A stretch of 64,000 nt of DNA from Mobula hypostoma (lineage: Eukaryota), in contig NC_086109.1 of NCBI RefSeq assembly GCF_963921235.1, forward strand, positions 23,996,001 to 24,060,000. The letters are read 5' to 3'. Positions 52,587 to 64,000 of the stretch are shown here, one piece after another; within the stretch, counting starts at the first letter, position 1; the number at the start of each line of letters is the position of its first letter. The notes under the pieces are model-generated. The model saw only the letters and a program-made list of their open reading frames with translations. It was not told the DNA's origin and searched no databases. Both the position numbers and the translations under genes were made by a program.

Positions 52587-52791
52587 CTTTCTCTCTTTGG
52601 AGTGTGGATGGAATTCTGCCCATTCAGCAAGGAATGGTGGGGTATTGACGGTGAGATCTTTGGGGCTAGGAAGGAGCTAGAAGTAGAGCTGTTGGTTGAG
52701 AGGTCGAGGCTTTCACTCTTCGGCGTGTCCTCCATGCTTTGTACACCAGTCATTTCTTTCCACATTTGTTGGAAGTCTGCCGGACACATCG
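52587..52791 (-). CDS. FOXP4: FOXP4 internal exon (AMCPADFQQMWKEMTGVQSMEDTPKSESLDLSTNSS...SLLNGQNSIHTPKRES), 205 nt
   Basis: Acceptor cattcacag|, donor GAAAG|gtaccg; phase 1 in, phase 2 out, joining both neighbours in frame. FoxP-type QxWKE, LDL and NGQ motifs are present. Confidence 0.92.
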
Positions 52792-55554
52792 CTGTGAATG
52801 ACAACAGAGAATCAGTTCTAGATTTTGGCATTAAAGCCGCACAATCCTATACTTCCACAGCACCATTAATACAATAATATGTCCTAACTTGTTTCACAGA
52901 AGTTCTACCAAATAAATTTGATACTGAATCACACAGGACAGAGGATCAATAGCTTGACCACAGAATAATGAGTTCAGGAAGGTTGTTAAAGATGGAGAAA
53001 GAGGAAGAAGCATGGAAGGATTCGGGAAGGAATTCCAGATCTGGTGCATGGCACATAAAGGAGTGATGATCAGTGTTACAGAACTGGAAATTTGGGATGT
53101 ACGGGTGAGGTGTAACAGAGAAACAGCTCTGGAAGAAGTTACAAAGAAAATGAAGGGTTAGGACTGTGTTTGGATTTTAATGAAACATGCAATAGACAGG
53201 CTTCTTCAAAGTACTTAAATCACTTACTTTACATGTCAGATGCAAGATCTTGTGCGTTTAATATTAAACCAAGCATCAGTAAACAATGCCTCAGTAGCAA
53301 ATCACACAGTTAAAAAAAAGCTTGGCTCTTGTGGAGTGTAGTAAGGAGAAACCTGTATTGTATTACTTCAGTAAATGTAGATTGTGACAACAGACTTGGG
53401 AATTGCAACCAACATCTGAAGGTTTCCTTCAGATAAATGAGATTTAAAAAAAAATCCATTTCTGCTTTAATTCCTTATACAATATTTCCCCGTTAATACC
53501 CTTGATTTTTCTGATGTGTTCTGAATGATATCTGCATTTGCTAGACTTTCCTCCCATACCTCCTCAGTGATGACAAGAGGAGGAGAAGGTCCTATTGGAA
53601 ATATTGTTTGTCACTCCTGGTCTATTCATTGAAACCTTTGACAATGGTTCAATGTTTCAGTTTAATATCAGAGAATGTATACAGTATACAATCTGAAATC
53701 CTTACTCTTCCACAAAACAGAAAAAGAAAAAAACCAAAGAATGAATAATAGAAAATGTTATAACCCCAAAATAGTGAAAATGTTACCATCAAGAACCAAC
53801 TCTCATTTAGATACTGTGTCATAACTAATTGCCAACCTTTGATGGCACTTTCAAGTGGACATTGTACCTTTGAGAGGCCTTATGAGGATATTAGTCAAAT
53901 CTTTTAATTATCATGTGGAATTTATCAGCAGCATGTTCTGCAGTAAATTTCATTTGATGCCAATTAGAGACATAAAGATTCAAAATTTTGAAGAAGTAAG
54001 GATCTTTTTATCTATCTGAACAAATTTTTGATGGCTTCCCAAAAATAAAACGGTTGATAAGTTAATTGGCCACTGTAAATTGCCCCTCAATATCAGGCGA
54101 GTTGTTAAATTGGGGGAGGGGCAGTTGATGAGAAAGCAGCGAGAATAAAATGGGATCGGTGTAGGATAAATGTGCGTTTGATGGTCACTGCGGGCTCAGT
54201 GGGCTAAGGACCTGGCTTCCATGCCACATGACTCCATGACTCATCAAATAACTTTTCACCTCCAGTCACCTTGTCGACAAGCAGTCATTCTCCCATCTTC
54301 AATAATTTAAAAAAATTAACCAAAGTATTCACAAAAATCGAAAGAGCTTCTCCCCCAGAGATCCGTTAATTTTCTTCCTGAAATTAAAATTAATCTCAAA
54401 TTCCAAAAGATTCAGGGCTATTTATGAAATTACAAGGAATTGATCCCAGCCTTGGGTGTGGAAAATGGAGAAGAAAGTCTTGCATTTTATGATACTTTAT
54501 ACAGCTCTTTCAGAACAACATGGTTGCTTTACAGCCTATGAGAGGATTTGCAACAGTTTTCACTGGAGTAATGTATGAAATTTGGAAGCTGATTTTTAAT
54601 AGAAAGCTCTCATAAATGACAAAATGATCAAGACAAAATGATCTTATTTTCTGTAGCAGTGAAGTGTTTAAATTACTTTTAGAGAGGGACTGATTTTGAG
54701 AGTTCTGAGAACCAGAATTGAATAATTAGTGAGGGTGCAGGGAGGATCTGGCCATTAGTTGAGTTGTGACAGTGGCTGAATGGGTTCAGTATCTCTGTAT
54801 GACACTAATTAGAGCAACATTACTTCCTGATAGTTACCAATGCAAGACTGGCCTGCACTTATTAAATCTAAAGGTTGAATCTCCTATTAGTCGTTTGTCT
54901 CCAGTTGTATCAAAATCGTTAATTGTGACTTTTCTAGTGCAGATATAAATAATCAGTAATTGTTTTCAAAATATTGAGTTGGAGAAAATATTTTAATTAG
55001 GCCACAACAAAGGGGAAAAAGAAACTATCTGAGGTGTTTTTTTTTGTTGTTAAGACTGTAGCCTCAGGCTCCCAGCCTAACCCATCACTGCAGCCTTTGA
55101 TTGAATGAAAAATAGTGTGGCAAGAGGCGTTTGGGGATACAGGTGCTGCCTAATTTAACATATCAAGAGGAATCATTAAAAGAACAGAGCTTAACGTGAA
55201 AATTAGAAGCAAGAGAATATGGGTCAATTGCTACGATTGCCAACGCCTGACAAATTGTGCATTCTCTCTTTGACAAAAAGCACCTCAAGAGCCAATTTGA
55301 ATTGGTCCTTGCTTTAAAAATGTGAGAAACATTAAAAGTTAATTCCATGAGGGAAACTTCAGGTTATTTCTGGGCAAGGGAGCCAAAAGGAGTACAGTGA
55401 TCTTCCTCATTATTTTCAGAGGTTAACATGATTCTGAAGCCCATTTGTTGGCCTGGAGTGAATGCCCAGAACAGAGGCTAGTGCCTTTTCCTGGCGCTGT
55501 GGGGTTAGGTTTACATGCAAACGGGGAGTAGATAATGGTATCAATTTTTTTTTC

Positions 55555-56060
55555 TGATATGAAAAAAAGGATGTGGTAGCATTGGAGAAGATCCAGAGGA
55601 GGTTTACAAAAATTATTTTAGGAACAAAAGGGTTAATGTAAGATGAAAATTTGATGGCTCTGGGCCTATATTCATTGGGTTCTAGAAGAATGAGTGGGGA
55701 TCTCACTGAAACCTATGGAAGATTGAATGGCCTAGAGTGGACGTGGAAAAGAAGTTTCCAGTAGTGGGAGAGTCGAGGATCAGAGGGCACTGCCTTAGAA
55801 TATGCCCCTTTAGAGCAGAGATGAGGAGGAATTTCTTTAACCAGAAGGCAGTGAATCCTTGGAATTCATTGTCACAGATGGGTGTGGAGGCCAAGTTATT
55901 GGGTATAATTAAAGCAGAAGTTGATCAGTTCTTCATTAGTAAGGGTGTCAAAGGTTATGGGGAGTAGGCAGGAGAGGAAAAATAAATTAGCTATGATCGA
56001 AATGCAGAGAAAACTCAATGGGCCAAATAGCTTAATTCTACTGATATGACTTATGCTCTT
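55555..56060 (+). mobile_element. CR1 LINE 3' fragment
   Basis: FPVVGESRIRGHCLRI.PFRAEMRRNFFNQKAVNPWNSL. Confidence 0.85.
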
Positions 56061-58557
56061 AATAATGACATTGCTGAGTGAATTGTTTTATCGCAAACAG
56101 ATAATGCCATCAATAGCTATCTTGTTTTTCTTAAATCTGATCTATTTTGAAAATCCAGTTCAAATTCTCAATCTTCCACAATAGGGTTTAAACACAAAGT
56201 ATTTTGGATTAATTAGCCAGATCTCCGGATTACTACATCAGAAAAAAGCAATCAATGTGTATTTGATAATCTATTCTGCACTACTGAACCACGTTAAGAC
56301 AATACAACATAATAACAGCAGCTGAATCTTATAAACAAAGCACTCTCAAAGATTCAGTGTTTTGAATGATGTCCCCTCTCCTTATCCTGCTCATTCAGGT
56401 AATTTTTAAGGCCTAAGGAAGTAAGCTAGGGAGTTCCCTTCAGTGTCCTGATCAATGCTGCTACTTTACATTCAGTAGCCAGTAAGCAGAATAGCTAGCC
56501 AATCAATCCCTAAGCAAACTACAATGATGGACTTCCTTGTTTTTGTGAGTGAAAGAAAACAGCATTCTGGATCTAGACCAAAATAGGGGGAAGACTTCAA
56601 GGATGAAAAGGAAACAAGCATCACAGAGATGGACAATAGCCGTCTACCAAATGTGGAATTAGTGGTGCACAACCACTTGGAGCTTGATAGGGAAAATTTT
56701 CCACAAAATGAACTGGCCCTAAACAAATCTCAATTAGATTTACCTGGGTAAATCCCCAAGTTCTCCTTCTTCGTTTTCTTAGTCAGCCCCTCTGGAACGA
56801 GGATGACCAGCCTTCACCCTAGTTCTGAAGGTTATGAGTTGGCTGATGAAACCAATGCAGGAACCACAAACTTCTGCACAGATTGAGCAGAAGATTCCTG
56901 ATGGAGCCACTAATTATTAGATCAGACTAATTGTACCAAAAGTTCCCATAGATCAGTAAGGATGCTGCTCTTCCTCAGGGACTTGAGCACAGATCGAGCT
57001 TACTTTGCTGTTTCCTTCTCCCAGAACAGAGCTCAGAACAGAGTTTCTGTTTCAGGAATCTGCTGCTGCAGGCTGAAAGTTGGCTTTCCTGGAAACTGGG
57101 ATCCTTGGCTGCCAAGTCTGCGTATACAGGTGACGTTAGTCTTTGCTCGGGATTGGAAGGATGGAAGTGTAACCATTCCAACCTCTGACCTGGACTTTAG
57201 CTCTGTAGTCCCTGAAACTGCTGTCATTTCCAACAATTACCGGGGACTCAAATTAAAGTCAGTAAAGTTCCCAACTATGGAAATCAAACCGTGTAAGGTC
57301 AGGCATTGGGAAAGCCATTTGCCTGTCCATGAATAATTTACAGCCGTTTAGTTGTACTGTAGAAAACTATCAGAATTTACATCTGCTCTTTCTTATCTAC
57401 AACACTGAAATCAGTATAAAATAAAGCCATGAAATTCTATATATCCCTGTGGGCACTAAACTAAGCCTAGGAAATGGTGGTACAGATCACAGCAAACACG
57501 AGGAAATCTGCAGATGCTGGAATTTCAAGCAACACACATAAAAATTGTTGGTAAACGCAGCAGGCCAGGCAGCATCAATTCGTCACAGCTCCAGGGATTC
57601 AAGTGGAGTCATAAGGTCATAGAGAAGTACAGCACAGAAATGGGCCCTTCGGCCCATCTAGTCCATGCCAAAACCATTTAATCTGCCTATTGCCATTGGC
57701 CTGCACTGGGACCATAGCCCTCCATATCCCTACTATTCATGCACCTATCCAGATTTCTCTTAAATGTTGAAATCAAGCTCGCATACGCCACTTGTGATGG
57801 CAGCTCATTCCACACTCTGAGTGAAGAAGTTTCCCTTCATGTTCCCTTTAAACTTCTCACCTTTCACCCTTAACCCATGACCTCTGGTTGTAGTCCCACC
57901 CAAGTCCTGATCTCTGACACTGCCTATTTGCAGTTGGCATGTGATTGTGCAGGTTTCCTCCGGACGCTCCTGTCTCCTGCTACAAAAGTCGGTGGGTTAG
58001 TTGTCCACAGATGGCTGTGACTTGATCAAGTGCAAGTCTAAATTTATTTGCTGTCATCTGACTGTACATATATACAAGCAAGCAAAGCAACATTCCTCCA
58101 GACCACGGTGCACCCACAAAACACATATCACACACAGCGCATAAACCAAAATATTACCACAAATAACTTAAAAATATATCTTTCAAAATGCATGCAGTAT
58201 GCAGCACAAGTAAACAGTAAACAGCTCGTTGTCCTAGTGACAGGATCTCGGTGGTGGCAGGGTAGTTATTACGCCCACAGCCCGAGGGAAGAAGCTGTTA
58301 CCCAGTCTGGCAGTCCTAGTCCTGATGCTTCTGTGCTTCCTTCCTGACAGTAGTGGGTCAGAGAGATTGTGGCTGGGTGTTCAAGTGAGAGGTAGAATCC
58401 TGGGTGTGGGGCGGGAGGTGAGCTGATGTGAATGTGGGGAGGATAAAAATGTGATCAGCGTTTGAATTAGGCCTCGGGTCCCCTTTCATGCCTGTCTTCT
58501 GTCTACCTTGTGGCGGACTCAGCACTGGTAAGTGGAGTGAGGGAGTCTGGGTCTTAC

Positions 58558-58705
58558 CTTGTGCCAGGGTCTGCAGCGGGACAGTGGGCTGCCCAGGCTG
58601 CAGCGTCACGAGGCCCTGTCGTTGAAGGTTCAGAAGATGCTGTTGCTGAAGCTGTTGCATTTGAAGAATCTGCTGCTGGAAGGCAAGCTGCTTGCTTCCC
58701 AGCTG
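58558..58705 (-). CDS. FOXP4: FOXP4 internal exon, Q-rich region ([49 protein letters not shown]), 148 nt
   Basis: Pyrimidine tract plus ctgcag| acceptor; donor CAAG|gtaaga; phase 0 in, phase 1 out. The peptide matches the FoxP4 segment [28 protein letters not shown]. Confidence 0.93.
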
Positions 58706-59919
58706 CTGCAGTTTGAAGAGAGAAAGAAGCCATCAGAGACTGAATTCCAGTGGCAGGCAAACATCAGAAGCAAAACACATGCACCGCCCGTCTTAAAGGT
58801 GCCCACTTCACCGGTGTTGTGTCCACTTTTACCCTGCAGTATTTTGGTTTGTCCTTCCTTTTAGAGGTCAGCATACAAACCCTTGTTGACGATCACGCAA
58901 CAGAAGGCATCATAGCTGAACCTGTGTTTATGGACTTTCTAATAGCGTGTCACTGGGTAGCAATCACAAAAAAAATCCTTAGATCCGGCAGCTCTTGCCT
59001 TGGCTGATATTGCCTAAGATAAATTAAGCAAAGGTCTCTTATCTGTGGGGGGTTAGTACCAGGTTAGATTGTATAATCATCCACTAATCTGTCAGATTGT
59101 GGCTTGTATACACAATGCTAACATTTGCAGTAACATCACCAATATTAACACAAAACTGCAGTAACATTATTTAGGATTAAGTTCAATACCCATGTTTAAC
59201 TCTTCCCACACCAAAGGACTCGGGATGGTGTAAATGAATTCATGCCCATTCAAGACATTCATCATGGGCTGAAGGGCCCATACTGTGCTGTGATGATCTC
59301 TGTTCTATCGGAGGGAAGGGTTAGATTGATCGAAGAGCAGGTTAAAAGGTCGACAATACATTGTGGGCCAAAGAGTCTGCGCTGTGCTGTAATGTTTTAT
59401 GTTCCAAGTCAACAGACAGTGACCATCTCAAGGTCTCTGTTATCCAATTGTTTTCTGTCACCAACATTATGCACCGTGAGGGCGGGGAAATGCACAGCTC
59501 AGTGCAGCCAGAATATCATCCAGGATGGCTCACATATGACTGAGCCGTCGTTGGTTCTCCCAGCCCATCGACCTAGAACTTCTGATAGAAGTGAAGCAGG
59601 TTGTGCCCGAGCAAAGAGAAGCCGGGACCAGGAAATGCGTGATCCAAATTCATGCACTCCCCACCCTATTGGAGATGCAGTGAGACATCACTGATGGAGC
59701 AATGCATTGTCCTAGGTGGCATCTTCTGAATGGGATATTCGATGGAGTTGTTGTTTGCACTCTCATGTATGTAAAAGAAGATATTAACACTATCTTTTGG
59801 AAGAAGCGCAATGAGGTGAGGATTGGGGTGGACTTCCAGCTTGGTAATCAGACCTGTATTTGATCCATTTTACAGCAATTCAAAAATAGATTTTCTCACT
59901 GTTGTCAATGGAAACAAAC

Positions 59920-60592
59920 AAAGCATGACAGCACCTCGACTTTCTGAGATGTTTGCGTAGATGCAGCATGTCACCTAAAATTTCGACAAACGTTTATAGA
60001 TGCACAGTGGAGAGTATCCAAACTGGTCACATCACAGCTTGATATGGAAGCACCAATGCCCGAGAATGGAAAAGTCTCCTGAAAGTGGTGATGTAGCTCA
60101 GTCCACCCCAGGCAAAGCCCTCCCCATCACTGAGCACATTTACATGGAGCACTGCCACAAGAAAGCAGCATCCATCATCAAGGATGCCCGCCATACAGGC
60201 CATGCTCTCTTTTCTGTACTGCCGTCAGACAGGAGGAATTGAAGCCTCAGATCCCATACCACGAGGTTCATGTACAGTTATTACCCTTCAACTATCAGGC
60301 TCCTGAACTGGCCTGGATAACTTCACTCACCACAACTCTAAATCCATTCCACAACCTACAGTCTCACTTCCAAGGACTCTACAACTCATGTTCTCAGTAT
60401 TATTTTTCTTTATTTGCACAATTTGTCTTATTTTGCACATTGGTTGTTTGCTGGTCCTTAATTACATATAGTTTTTCATGAATTCTATTGCATTGCTTTA
60501 TTTTCCTGTAAATGCCTGCAAAATGCATTTCAAGGTTGTATATGGAATGGATATGGTAAGGACACTGATAAATAAATTTACTTTGACTTTGA
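59920..60592 (+). mobile_element. Rex1/Babar-like LINE 3' fragment
   Basis: LPITEHIYMEHCHKKAASIIKDARHTGHALFSVLPSDRR; tail aataaatttactttgactttga. Confidence 0.75.
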
Positions 60593-61624
60593 CTATTGAT
60601 ATTACACCAGTGGCCACAGTTCAGAAGTACTTCACTGCATAAAAACTATTTCAAGAGGGTTGCACAGGTATGGCAGAGAGGGGAAGGGAGAGTTAGAATG
60701 TGAGGCTGGAGACCCCACATGGGAATCAGAAAAGGACACTTTCACTCTCCCCCCTGTCCCTAACCTCTCCTTTCCCCCATCCCCTCCCACCTATAAAAAC
60801 ACAAAGAAACATTCCAATCCATAGAGTTGCTGCTGTTTGCAGTTCCTCTTCTTGTTTCTTGACCTGGTGGGGACACCAGAATAGTTTCCTGATTGTCCCT
60901 TAATCGTACCAAAACTACTGTTCATTATTCTCTGCATAAAACCTCCTCCTAATGGCTTGTCAGCATTATTTTTTATGAATACAGGATTCGAGCTTTCATA
61001 CATTTTAAACTAAGGATGTACAGATTTTTTTTTGTGAAGTTCTGCTTTTGTGGTGATGGCTTCACTAACGAGCAGCCCTCTGCGGCCTATTAACATAGTC
61101 CCCAGCGATGTGTTAGTAAACCAGGATACCAAGGCACAGCCAGCTGCTTGAACCCTGTCACAGCTCTGACACATCTTATCTGAATGTATTAAATATGAAT
61201 ATATTACCAATGAGTCCCTGCACTAACATACATTAGTAAGAAATCTCCACGCTGGGCTCTGTGGAAAATGAGAATTGAACAAAGCTACCCTTTCCACTTT
61301 AGGTATCCATTGAATTACACCCAGTGTGACTTTATATTGTCTGGCTCTTTCACTTCTCCAACTCCATCAATCCAACTATCAAGAGTTTTGATTGAAAAGT
61401 AATATGAAGACAGCACAGTGCTGAACATGGGAGCACTGACGTGGTACATTTATGAGCAAGGCAGTGACCTAATATGAAACTCTTTTCATTTAAAGATGAA
61501 ATCAGGCTAATACCTCCAGGAGATCTCCCTCTACTGTTGGGTCCTGGCTCTGGACTGGATGACCTATGCTTCTCCTCCCATGTGGTCCTGCCTTAGGAAG
61601 AGTTGTCAGTTGCTTAATCTTAAA

Positions 61625-61840
61625 GAAATTGTGGTTGTTCCTCTCTGCGTCTTGTGGAGCATTGGACGGCAACCTTCCCATTTCTTTAGCATTTTGTCTG
61701 ATTTTTACTAGACCGAGTTGCTAGCTCGATGCTCAACCCAGCACAGATGGAAAGTGAGCGTGCAAGGAACCAGTCGGATTCGAACCCAGAACCACTCGCC
61801 TCGAAGTCCGGTGTAGATGCTACTAACACCACCGGCTGAC
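61625..61840 (-). mobile_element. tRNA-derived SINE (same family as 39929-40201)
   Basis: Minus strand ggttcgaatcc B box and shared ctttccatc.gtgc..ggttgagcatcg.gctagc.actc body. Confidence 0.75.
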
Positions 61841-62298
61841 ATAATCTTAGAGGAAGGCGCGATGCAATCAGTTTTAGCTGGCAACTCCACCATTCAGCAT
61901 TCCCAAACCAATGGAGTTGTTCTGGCATCAACAAGCATTGAAGAGTAAAGATATGCGAAAAGCTATAGTCAAATAGCTCTTTAAAGGAATAAAGCCTCTT
62001 GCTGTTTGTGTGATTGACACCCAGTGTGCAGATGTTTAGGTGCTGATAACAGACCAATAAACAGCCAGTGTGATTTCCTGGTAAATAATTATTAAGACTG
62101 AACTCCTCCGCACTGTTCGGCTTTTCCAGAAGGACACTGCTTCCCACTTGGAGCAGGGTTTGAGTGATGAAACCAGGCTTTGCTTAAAGGCCAGCCAAGG
62201 TGTGGTAGGAGAAGAAGATGGCCCCTCCCTAAATCTACCAGATAGCACAGGCTGGCAACCAACATCGCTGCCCTTTCACATTCGGATGCTGCTCCTTA

Positions 62299-63044
62299 AG
62301 GCTGATTTATACTTGTGCGTCAAATGTACGCCGTAGGTACGGCATAGCCACGTACCCTAAGCTGTACTCTATGCCGAACCCTACGCCGTAGCCTAACACG
62401 CACCTCTCCCAAAATGTAACTACGCGTCACGGCGACGCAGACCGAAACAACTGTGATTGGTCTGCTTGGTAGCATCACATTTCCTCCTACGCTGCAATAG
62501 CTTCCCATTAGGTGACTGAAGGGCAGGGAAGGAACTCTGGCTGCAATGCTTTCCATAAAGCTTTACAGACCTCCGAAATTATGGGCGACCCTGTGCTTGA
62601 CACCAGTTTGTAGCTAGCTGCTACAATCTGTTGACGTCCACCTGAAGCTAAAACTCGAATGGTGATTGCCAGTCTCTGAGTATACCGTGCGTACACTATG
62701 TGAAATAAATGGTTGGAGACGATGAACCAAATCGTCAAATCTACCTGCTGACATCCGAAAATATTTGAAATGCATTTCCTCGTCCATGTCTCTCAGTGGC
62801 TGGACAAGCACAGAAAATTCACCCTCTTTCAGTTTCAGTCGCCATTGTTTGAAGTTTGAGTTTCTTCGTGTTGAGTTTCAACACGAAGAAACTCAACACC
62901 GTGGCATAGAAACCCCATAGCGTTTTGGCGGTGAATTGCAGAGCGATGCAGACACACCAACGCACAAGTATAAATGCTTACAACGGCGTAGCCCACTTGC
63001 GTAGGCTATGGCGTAAGCGAGTATGCACAAGTATAAATCAGCCT
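62299..63044 (-). mobile_element. Non-autonomous PIF/Harbinger DNA transposon
   Basis: Perfect 20 bp TIRs (aggctgatttatacttgtgc / gcacaagtataaatcagcct), TTA TSD (62296-98 and 63045-47), transposase N-terminal remnant [16 protein letters not shown]...[12 protein letters not shown]...[13 protein letters not shown]. Confidence 0.93.
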
Positions 63045-64000
63045 TTACACCCGGCACTAATCTTTCCTCACAGATTGCCAGACCCACTGGAATCCACGGT
63101 GGAACTGATTGGGAAGGCAGGAAGCCACCAATGTGTATGAACACAGATATTTTCTGCTTACTGTGGGCAAGTCATTTCTCATTAGAGGTCTCACACTTAC
63201 TGCTTAATAATGTTTTTTATCATATCAAAATAAAATTTATGCACGTAAAAAATATACATTTACAAGAACAAACTGTGTACTGCTTTTCATTTTCACATTC
63301 ATAGTCAATGCTTTAAGTTGTGCTGTAATACATTCCTTAAAACCAATAGGGGTGTTTAAATTCCTGTGGCTCACTAGTACAATAATTGAGAAGTCATCCA
63401 CACCCCAAACTGGCCTGGAGCAGAAGAACCCTATACTGTGGTCCTCCCCCTCTGAACTCTTGCAGTGGCTGTACATGCTTAATAAGTTATGTTACAAGTA
63501 AAATATTCATCTAATTGTGGCAGCATTAATTAAGTGCTTGGTGGCACTTTGACATTGTGAGCCTCTGTCCTTTAACTCACGTTGAAACGGTGCTTGGATT
63601 GTTTGATACGAGAGATCTGAGGTAATTTTATTCTATATCAAAGTAGTACCTGCTTGAAGAGTTCGATAGAACAGTTTGGGGGAAGTTCTTTTTTCTGACT
63701 AACTCTGAGGTATCTGCTCCGGGAGCTTTTGTTAGGATAGTGCAGAAAGAGCTTTAACCTGTGCTATATTTATCCCAGGCGTGTTTGATAGGATGATGCA
63801 GAGAGGGCTTGACGGACATTGAATTTTCCACTCCCCTGTATTCTTTTCCCGCTCTCACCATTCCACTGGATTCTGCCTTCCTTTGTTCATATTTCCATCT
63901 TTCCTTCCCCTCTCCCCTCTTCTGTCATCTAATCTCATTATCCTCCACCGCTTAGTTCATTTGGACATCACTCATCCACCTGGGTTTCTTCTGTCTTGGT

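Noticed and set aside
56960..57340. Possible DIRS RNaseH or other coding relic
   Set aside because: Only vague similarity, with no diagnostic motif; needs a translated HMM search.
60791..60870. Possible upstream FOXP4 Q-rich exon (minus strand KKQEEELQ / KQQQL after ccaccag)
   Set aside because: The two Q/K patches are in different frames, do not match the expected YKKQQEQLHLQLL, and have no good donor.

Overview
This is eukaryotic (vertebrate) genomic DNA. The repeat content suggests a cartilaginous fish, probably a ray; that assignment is an inference. The whole window lies inside one large minus-strand gene, a FoxP-family transcription factor best matching FOXP4. Six internal coding exons splice with canonical AG/GT sites and compatible phases (58558-58705, 52587-52791, 47256-47360, 15360-15447, 12881-12964, 3303-3504; 832 nt). 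They encode the end of the Q-rich region, the C2H2 zinc finger (split by a 31.8 kb intron), the leucine zipper and a PLNLV CtBP-type motif. I found no start exon or forkhead exons, so these presumably lie outside the window. The introns are dense with decayed transposons: CR1, Rex1/Babar-like, Penelope-like, R4/Dong-like and RTE-like retroelements, tRNA SINEs, a Gypsy relic with three nested insertions, and mariner, Tc1, hAT and Harbinger derivatives. Nearly all ORF-track entries are spurious or TE fragments. I found no convincing new multi-gene system. The best leads are (i) a non-tRNA GC-rich retroposon family with a YY1-type head and a LINE-type tail, including a head-to-head pair, (ii) the retained PLNLV motif in this FoxP4, (iii) alternative splice-site options at the Q-rich exon, and (iv) motif-dense candidate enhancers. 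Boundaries of old repeats are approximate, and family names rest on motif recognition rather than a database search.
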